Of a stretch of 64,000 nucleotides of DNA, positions 57,487-64,000 are shown piece by piece; position 1 is the first letter of the stretch; the number at the start of each line of letters is the position of its first letter. This DNA comes from Phormidesmis sp. (lineage in GTDB: Bacteria; Cyanobacteriota; Cyanobacteriia; Leptolyngbyales; Leptolyngbyaceae), in the NCBI GenBank assembly GCA_965248535.1, contig CBDFJR010000005.1, forward strand, positions 224,001 through 288,000. The letters run 5' to 3'. Both the position numbers and the translations under genes were made by a program. A model generated the notes under the pieces. The model ran no database searches and was not told the DNA's origin. It saw only the letters and a program-made list of their open reading frames with translations.

Positions 57487-58950
57487 ATGAGCTTTTTCTT
57501 TCCTGCAAGTCGTCCGGCTGTCTTTGTGCTGCTGGCAGTCGGTTTTGCATCCTCTCTGGTGGGCTTTTCATCGACCGCAGTGGCTCAGTCTGCGGCTCCT
57601 GCACCGATCGCGCCCACCCAGTCTGATGCGTCTAAGATTTCTGAAGCAGCTAAAACTCAAGAAGAGGCGCAGAAACTCTATCGCCAAGGTGAAGACAGCG
57701 CCCGATCGGGCGATTATCGCAAGGCGATCGAGAACTATAATCAGTCCCTTCAGGTCAATCCTAATTTCAGCCAGGGCTATGTGGCGCGTGGGGTGGCGAG
57801 GTCAAAGATCGGCGATCAAGCAGGTGCTCTTCAAGATTTTGACCGGGCGATCAAGCTCGACCCATCCGACGCGATCGCCTATGCCCAACGCGGCACCACT
57901 CGATTTAGCGTGGGCAATACCCCAGACGCGCTGACAGACCTCAACAAAGCTCTAGAGCTAAACCCTACTCTGGCGGCGGCTTATGTCAATCGCGGCTATG
58001 TGCGCACCCAATCCAAAGATGCAGAGGGCGCGATCGCCGATTTTGATCAAGCATTGCGGCTCCAGCCCAGCTACACCCCGGCGTTGCTCAATCGTGGGTT
58101 TGTCTCTCTCAACAAGGGCGATCGGCAAGCTGCCCTGAATGATTTCAACCTAGCGATCAAGCTTCAGCCAAACTACGCAGAGGCTTATCTCAGTCGCGGC
58201 ACGCTGCATCATCAAGCTGACGACGATGAGGCGGCGGTTGAAGACTTTAACCAGGCGATTCGCCTCAACCCTAGCTATGTTTCTGCCTACTATAATCGTG
58301 GGTTGGCTCACTCTAAATTGGGCAATTTAGAAGCCGCCCAAGCAGACTTTACAAAAGTCACCCAGTTAAGCCCTGACCAGCCAGAAGTCTTTTTGCAGCG
58401 AGGTCTCGTGCAGGCGGCGCTCAAAAACCCTCAAAGCGCGATCGCCGACTATAACCAGGCTCTCAAACTCAAGCCCGACTATGCTGAAGCCTTTAAAAGT
58501 CGCGGCGATTTGCTGACCACGATCGGCGATAATCAGGGCGCTCTCAATGACTATAACCAGGCGGTGCAAGCGCAGTCTAACTTTGCCGCTGCCTACACGA
58601 GCCGAGCCGATGCCCGATCGCAGCTAGGCGATCGTCAAGGCGCGATCGCTGACTATAGCCAGGCTGTCAGCCTCAATGGTGAAGATGCCAAAGCTCTTGA
58701 GAAGCGAGGCAAAGCCAGAATGGATCTAGGAGATGCCCAAGGCGCGATCGCCGATTTTTCTCAAGTCCTTCGCATTGATGATCGGGTTGCAGACGCTCAC
58801 TATCATCGCGGCATCTTGCTAGCGCAGATGGGCAACCGCATTGACGCGATCGCCGATCTGCGGGCAGCCAGCGACCTCTATCGCCAACAGGGCCAGCCGG
58901 AAGGCTATCGCAACGCTCTTAAACACATTAGCCAGCTAAAAACCCCCTAA
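57487..58950 (+). CDS. Exported tetratricopeptide repeat protein
   Basis: Signal peptide followed by about 12 consecutive 34-aa TPRs (AY.NRG...AI.DFNQAI.L.P). Confidence 0.93.
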   Translation: MSFFFPASRPAVFVLLAVGFASSLVGFSSTAVAQSAAPAPIAPTQSDASKISEAAKTQEEAQKLYRQGEDSARSGDYRKAIENYNQSLQVNPNFSQGYVARGVARSKIGDQAGALQDFDRAIKLDPSDAIAYAQRGTTRFSVGNTPDALTDLNKALELNPTLAAAYVNRGYVRTQSKDAEGAIADFDQALRLQPSYTPALLNRGFVSLNKGDRQAALNDFNLAIKLQPNYAEAYLSRGTLHHQADDDEAAVEDFNQAIRLNPSYVSAYYNRGLAHSKLGNLEAAQADFTKVTQLSPDQPEVFLQRGLVQAALKNPQSAIADYNQALKLKPDYAEAFKSRGDLLTTIGDNQGALNDYNQAVQAQSNFAAAYTSRADARSQLGDRQGAIADYSQAVSLNGEDAKALEKRGKARMDLGDAQGAIADFSQVLRIDDRVADAHYHRGILLAQMGNRIDAIADLRAASDLYRQQGQPEGYRNALKHISQLKTP

Positions 58951-58956
58951 AGATCA

Positions 58957-58981
58957 GTACGGGCACGGCATTGCCGTGCCC
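58957..58981. repeat. REP-like palindrome
   Basis: GTAC-GGGCACGGCA-T-TGCCGTGCCC, a few bases after the TPR gene stop. Confidence 0.8.
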
Positions 58982-59135
58982 CTGTGTGTCTGCCTAATCC
59001 GGCCGCGCTTACTCAGAAATCCCCAACTTCGATAAAGTAGATCTAACAGCGTCCTGCTTGTGAAGACCATTCAGCTTCATCAGCAGGACGTTTGTGGTTC
59101 GATCGAGGTGAGCACTGTCTTACAAGGGCTGGGAG

Positions 59136-60626
59136 ATGATTACTGCAATAACTGTGCTAGTTGCGCTAGGGATTTTGGGATGGGGATATTATCGAGCCAA
59201 ACCGTTTGGCAGACTAGGACTTTTAGCCTGGTGGCAATCGGTGGTTTTGATGGCTCCTTGGCTATTGTTCTTTGGCTTGACAACCTTAGGCATCTATCTC
59301 AACTTGATAGGCGTTCTGCTGCTGTTTGTCGCCTCTACAGGACTCTATATTCTCTTGGGGCGCAGGCTGCGGGCAGCCAGTCAAGAAGAATTGTCTCAAC
59401 GAGCGTCGGCCATCGCCCACCACGAGGGTGACTCTTTGGATGCTCAGACTGAGCCATTGAGTCTAGAAACGGTTCCCCGATCGCAGGTAGACTCGACCGC
59501 AGCCCCCGCAGCCCTTCCCATTCCCCTAGAGGATCTCAAAGCGATTCAAGGAATTTTTGGCATCGATACCTTTTATGCTACTGAGACGATTCCCTATCAA
59601 GAAGGCGCAATCTTTAAAGGCAATCTGCGCGGCGAGATAGAACCCACCTTTGAGCGCCTCTCGGCAAATTTAAAGCAGCGATTAGCCGATCGCTATCGCC
59701 TCTTTTTAGTCGAAGGTCAAGAAAGCCGGCCCGTTGTCGTGGTGCTTCCCGCTAGCAGTGACCCTAAGCCCGCCACGATCGCACAAAAGCTTCTAGCGGC
59801 AGTGTTGTTGATCGCAACGATCTCCACTTGCTTAGAAACGGCGGGTCTGCTGCTGGAATTTGACTTCTACACCTCGCCAGAGCGCTATCGAGAGGTGTTG
59901 CCGATCGGGGCAGGAATTCTCACTATTTTGGGCGTTCATGAACTGGGTCACTGGCTGCTGGCGCGTCGCTATCAGGTGCGGCTGAGTTTTCCCTACTTCA
60001 TTCCGACCTGGCAGATTGGCTCATTTGGGGCCATTACTCGATTTGAGTCGCTGTTGCCCAACCGATCAGCGCTATTTGATATCGCCTTTGCGGGCCCGGC
60101 GGCGGGAGGGGTGGTTTCACTAGCGATGCTGATTATCGGCTTGTTGCTATCTCATCAAGGCAGTTTGTTTAAGCTGCCGACCCAATTTTTTGAAGGGTCT
60201 ATTCTCGTTGGCACGGTGGCACGAGTGATTTTAGGAACGGCGCTTCAGCAGCCCACTGTTGAAGTTCACCCGCTGACCATCTTGGGCTGGGTCGGACTCA
60301 TTTTGACCGCGATCAATCTCATGCCTGCCGGACAGCTAGATGGCGGCAGAATCGTGCAGGCAATCTATGGACGCAAAACGGTTGGGCGAACCACCGCCGC
60401 CACGATCGTGGTGTTGGCGATCGCCTCCCTCGTTAACCCCCTGGCCCTTTATTGGGCGATCGTGATCTTAGTGTTGCAGCGCAATCTAGAGCGACCGAGC
60501 CTTAACGAATTGTCAGAACCCAATGACACACGAGCCGCGTTAGGCTTGCTGGCCCTGTTTCTCATGGTGACTATTCTGTTGCCGCTGACCCCAAGTTTGG
60601 CAGGGCGATTGGGGATTGGAGGGTGA
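59136..60626 (+). CDS. Site-2 protease (M50 family)
   Basis: HELGH, IAFAGP and NLMPAGQLDGG; multiple TM helices. Confidence 0.93.
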   Translation: MITAITVLVALGILGWGYYRAKPFGRLGLLAWWQSVVLMAPWLLFFGLTTLGIYLNLIGVLLLFVASTGLYILLGRRLRAASQEELSQRASAIAHHEGDSLDAQTEPLSLETVPRSQVDSTAAPAALPIPLEDLKAIQGIFGIDTFYATETIPYQEGAIFKGNLRGEIEPTFERLSANLKQRLADRYRLFLVEGQESRPVVVVLPASSDPKPATIAQKLLAAVLLIATISTCLETAGLLLEFDFYTSPERYREVLPIGAGILTILGVHELGHWLLARRYQVRLSFPYFIPTWQIGSFGAITRFESLLPNRSALFDIAFAGPAAGGVVSLAMLIIGLLLSHQGSLFKLPTQFFEGSILVGTVARVILGTALQQPTVEVHPLTILGWVGLILTAINLMPAGQLDGGRIVQAIYGRKTVGRTTAATIVVLAIASLVNPLALYWAIVILVLQRNLERPSLNELSEPNDTRAALGLLALFLMVTILLPLTPSLAGRLGIGG

Positions 60627-60705
60627 CTATACTATCGTAGAGATAGGGTGCATCATCGTTGTTACGGAAATTCTCGCTGGTTTTTCCTTTCATCTTCCTG
60701 AACTT

Positions 60706-61503
60706 ATGTCAGATCTCCCTCCCATTCTGCTGCTCCTCGATTTGAGTGCGCTGCTAGTTGGTAAACCGCGTGAGTGGCAAGAGTTTGCGCGACTGGGCAA
60801 GTGCTATGTGCCTCAATCGATCTATCAAGAAATTCAGGCCCAGAGCCAAGTTGGAATTGACCCCAATTTTGAGCAAGCGGCAAAAGAGTTTTGCCGTTTC
60901 TTTGCTGAAAGCAACTGGCAACTGACGGGGGCAGGCGCGCTTCATCCTTCACTTCAGCCGAGTGAAGGGCAAAACCTGAGCAAACGTGCTCGATTGACTC
61001 AGACGGTCTCAGAGTGTGCCTATGGGTTTGCTCGCAGCAGTCCCGGTCGGCTCGTGGTTTTGATTTCTAACGATCAGCCATTGCTCAAACGGATTCAAGG
61101 TTTGGGAATCGCCAATCTCTGCGGCGTGCCAGGGTCTGCCCTGCTGATTTGGAGTCGCAGCGGACGCAGACCCCCGATCGTGGCCCAGCATCTGCAATCC
61201 ATGCGATCGACGACTGTGACGGTGAGCGGGTTGGCGGCTCCTCGTCAGGCCCGATCGACATCGCCACCCAAGCCCAGAGCGCCGCGATCGCTGAGAGAGT
61301 CGCAGCCCAGAGTGCGCCCTAGTCAGCCGATCTATAATCATCCCGATCTGTTTCGTCAGATGGTGTCTGGCGTGTCTTCTCTCGTTGCCCTAATGATCAC
61401 GATCGGCGTGGTGTGGTATGTCGTTCAGCCCAAGAGTTTCAACCAATTTTTGCGGCACCAAAATCTTCCCACCCTGCCTGAAATTCCTTGGGTGCAAAAT
61501 TAA
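60706..61503 (+). CDS. PIN-like domain protein with C-terminal membrane anchor
   Basis: LLLLDLSAL, YVPQSIYQEI and VVLISND pattern; Pro/Arg linker; C-terminal TM helix. Confidence 0.65.
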   Translation: MSDLPPILLLLDLSALLVGKPREWQEFARLGKCYVPQSIYQEIQAQSQVGIDPNFEQAAKEFCRFFAESNWQLTGAGALHPSLQPSEGQNLSKRARLTQTVSECAYGFARSSPGRLVVLISNDQPLLKRIQGLGIANLCGVPGSALLIWSRSGRRPPIVAQHLQSMRSTTVTVSGLAAPRQARSTSPPKPRAPRSLRESQPRVRPSQPIYNHPDLFRQMVSGVSSLVALMITIGVVWYVVQPKSFNQFLRHQNLPTLPEIPWVQN

Positions 61504-61575
61504 TCGAGTTGGAACTTGTCTCTGGCTCAAGATCGTCACTGATGGCATCCCCTTCGGTCGCAAGGATTTTCTGCC

Positions 61576-62154
61576 ATGTTTTTTAGCCGTTCAGCTAACT
61601 TGGTTGCGGCGATCGCGCTCGTCACGGCTTTGTCTCTGGCGATCGCTCCGGCGATCGGGCAAAATGCCGCCGCAACTCCCCTATTTCAGCCGTTGCCCAT
61701 CAAACAAGGGGGCCCTGTGCGTCGCCCAGATCTCAAGGGCAGTCTTCACCCTGTGCCTATACCCGTCGGCGAGTCGCCGTGTGGGTTGAGATCAGACGTG
61801 GTTTTTCGCACCCTTGCTAGTGGTGGCTTTGCTGGACGAACGGATGAAACGCTGCTTTTTAAAGATGGCCGCATGATTCGCAGTCGCATTAATCTCAATG
61901 GCACTAAATCTGAGATTACAGCACGTCGCCTCTCTCTAGCGCAGGTGCAGCGGTTTGAGGCATTGGTGCAAACTCGGATGAAACCCTTCGATCGTCTCAG
62001 CTATCCCGCCCATTCAGGCTCCGCAGACTTTATAACAATCACTGCAACTAGCCATGCCGCAACGGTTCAATATGCCGATAGCGTTTGGTCTGAGTTACCG
62101 TCATCGCTAAAAATCATTCTTCAAGCCTGGAGTCGGCTGGACTCTGACCGCTAA
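61576..62154 (+). CDS. Exported hypothetical protein
   Basis: Signal peptide; SGGFAG and GSADFIT motifs. Confidence 0.7.
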   Translation: MFFSRSANLVAAIALVTALSLAIAPAIGQNAAATPLFQPLPIKQGGPVRRPDLKGSLHPVPIPVGESPCGLRSDVVFRTLASGGFAGRTDETLLFKDGRMIRSRINLNGTKSEITARRLSLAQVQRFEALVQTRMKPFDRLSYPAHSGSADFITITATSHAATVQYADSVWSELPSSLKIILQAWSRLDSDR

Positions 62155-62257
62155 TCGAGATCGCTCCTATCCTTCAAATTCGTTAGTTTCAAGGCAATCA
62201 AGGGCACCTTGGGCTAGTTAGAAGTGCCGAAAACTCTGAAGAGGAGTGAAGGATCGC

Positions 62258-63970
62258 ATGGGACGAGAGACCAGACCCAAGCTTAAGTTAATGATTGTAG
62301 ACGATGAGCCAGACAACTTAGATCTGCTCTATCGCACGTTTCGGCGTGATTTTGACGTAGTGAGGGCAACCAGCGCGATCACCGCTCTCAAAATTCTTGA
62401 CCAACAGGGTGAGATGGCCATCATCATCTCCGATCAGCGAATGCCCGAAATGCTAGGAACCGAGTTTTTAAGCAAAACCGTCGATCGCTTTCCTGACACG
62501 ATTCGGATTGTCTTGACAGGCTATACCGATGTCGAAGATCTGGTCGATGCCATCAACGCCGGAAAAGTTTTCAAATACATCACCAAACCCTGGAAGCCTC
62601 AGCAGTTGCAGGTTGTTGTCGAGCAGGCGGCAGAAACCTATGGGGTGTTAAAACAAAGAACCGCCGACTTGCAGCGCGCCCTCCGACGAGAGTCGCTCTT
62701 CAATGCGGTCACCACAGCAATTCGCGAGTCGCTCGACTATCGCAGTATGCTGCAAACGATCGTCACCACCCTGGGGCAAACCTTTGGCGCAAGTCACTGT
62801 GTGCTGCACCCCGTTGAAGGAGACAGCATTGTGGCGCAACCGTCGTTCTACTGTTTAACAGGCTGTGGCTCGATCGAGGGCGATGACGATCGCCGAGACC
62901 CCATGGTGCAAGCAGTGCTACAAACTCGCAAAACACAGTCCAGCCCGGCGTTCAAAGCAGAGGCTGAGGTGCGTCTAGTGGTGCCCTTGACCTATCAGCA
63001 AGAATTGTTAGCTATTCTTTCACTGTATAAAGGTGGCCAAGATCAGGTAGAGGTCGATTCGCTGCACAGCCCTTGGTCGCCAGAGGAGACTCAACTTCTA
63101 GAAGGCGTTGCCGAACAGGCGGCCCTCGCGATTTCTCAGGCAAAGCTCTATCAACGCACCCAAAAACAAGCCGAACAAATTCGAGCCGAGTTAGCGGTAG
63201 CTCGCCAGATTCAAAGCAATTTGCTGCGGCAGTCGTTACCCATTCTTGAAAGCATCAAAGTTCAGGCGTGCTGTCACCCGGCGCGAGAGGTGGGCGGAGA
63301 CTTTTTTGAAGTCTATCAGCATCCCCAAGGCGACGTTTGGCTAGCCGTCGGTGATGTATCGGGAAAGGGCGTTCCGGCTGCGTTATTTATGGCTAGCGCT
63401 ATCTCGGTGCTGAGACGAGAACTGTCTCAAGAAACTCCTCCTGAGCCAAACATCGTGATGCAGAACCTAAACAGCATCCTTTCTCAAGATCTGATTAGCA
63501 CCAACTGCTTTATCACGATGGTTTTAGCGCGCTATTCACCGATCGAGAAGCGCCTAGTCTATGCCAATGCGGGGCACATTTACCCGATGGTCTGGGCAAA
63601 ACAGGCAGATATGGCTCGACCAGAACCAGCGGAGATCGAGCCGATCTATCTCAAAGTGCGCGGCGTTCCCCTAGGAATTTTGCCCAAGTGGGACGCGATC
63701 GCGGGAGATCTGACGCTCCATTCAGGAGAAGTGCTGCTGCTGACCAGTGACGGCATCACAGAAGCCACGGTTCCTTCTGAAGATGTGACCTGTCCCACCC
63801 ACACAACTAACGGAGGCGAGGGTAGCTCAATGCTCAAACAAACAGGACTTTGGCAATTGCTCCTTCAAGAACGGGAATGCTTAGATCTCAATCACCTTTT
63901 AGCCCGCATCCAGTCCCACAATCCGATTCAGGAAGATGACCAGACGATTCTGTCTCTGGAGGTTCTTTAA
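62258..63970 (+). CDS. Response regulator-GAF-SpoIIE (RsbU-like) phosphatase
   Basis: Receiver VDDE, SDQRMP and KPW; GAF domain; PP2C motifs GGDFFE, GDVSGKG, SDG and DDQT. Confidence 0.93.
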   Translation: MGRETRPKLKLMIVDDEPDNLDLLYRTFRRDFDVVRATSAITALKILDQQGEMAIIISDQRMPEMLGTEFLSKTVDRFPDTIRIVLTGYTDVEDLVDAINAGKVFKYITKPWKPQQLQVVVEQAAETYGVLKQRTADLQRALRRESLFNAVTTAIRESLDYRSMLQTIVTTLGQTFGASHCVLHPVEGDSIVAQPSFYCLTGCGSIEGDDDRRDPMVQAVLQTRKTQSSPAFKAEAEVRLVVPLTYQQELLAILSLYKGGQDQVEVDSLHSPWSPEETQLLEGVAEQAALAISQAKLYQRTQKQAEQIRAELAVARQIQSNLLRQSLPILESIKVQACCHPAREVGGDFFEVYQHPQGDVWLAVGDVSGKGVPAALFMASAISVLRRELSQETPPEPNIVMQNLNSILSQDLISTNCFITMVLARYSPIEKRLVYANAGHIYPMVWAKQADMARPEPAEIEPIYLKVRGVPLGILPKWDAIAGDLTLHSGEVLLLTSDGITEATVPSEDVTCPTHTTNGGEGSSMLKQTGLWQLLLQERECLDLNHLLARIQSHNPIQEDDQTILSLEVL

Positions 63971-63972
63971 CT

Positions 63973-64000
63973 ATGAGAACTGAACTTCACATTCCCAGCA
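63973..64000 (+). CDS. Start of a probable anti-sigma factor/RsbW-like protein (truncated by the window edge)
   Basis: ATG 2 nt after the SpoIIE stop, reading MRTELHIPS. Only 9 codons are visible. Confidence 0.5.

Overview
Chromosomal window from a cyanobacterium. Evidence: very dense HIP1 octamers (GCGATCGC) plus petG, petL, cytM, cp12, glpX, ycf34 and hetF. A filamentous non-heterocystous lineage is my inference only. Most of the window is core genome: murA, peptide ABC transporter parts, apt, comF, DUF502-nusB-ftsY, aroB, era, surE, smc, glpX, hemA, a tRNA nucleotidyltransferase and two SpoIIE/PP2C phosphatases. Accessory parts are a convergent type II restriction-modification pair (C5-methylase plus SinI-family-like endonuclease), a decayed tnpB-only IS200/IS605 element with an intact-looking right end, a MITE-like remnant with one left and two right ends, REP-like palindromes and an orphan antitoxin-like ORF. 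The ORF track missed tRNA-Leu(CAA), petG, petL and the start of an anti-sigma-factor-like gene. The most notable observations: (1) the tRNA-Leu overlaps the last codons and stop codon of an M48 peptidase gene; (2) two apparent pseudo-enzyme domains (a sigma54-type AAA+ fused to a membrane polyferredoxin, and a PpsA-like protein with a degenerate ATP-grasp); (3) a CP12 lacking the AWD-VEEL core, divergent from glpX; (4) candidate structured leaders before the nusB operon and between cca and ycf34. Two single-base homopolymer frameshifts in conserved genes may be sequencing errors. I found no CRISPR array, prophage or clearly novel multi-gene system. All family assignments come from motif recognition, not from database searches.
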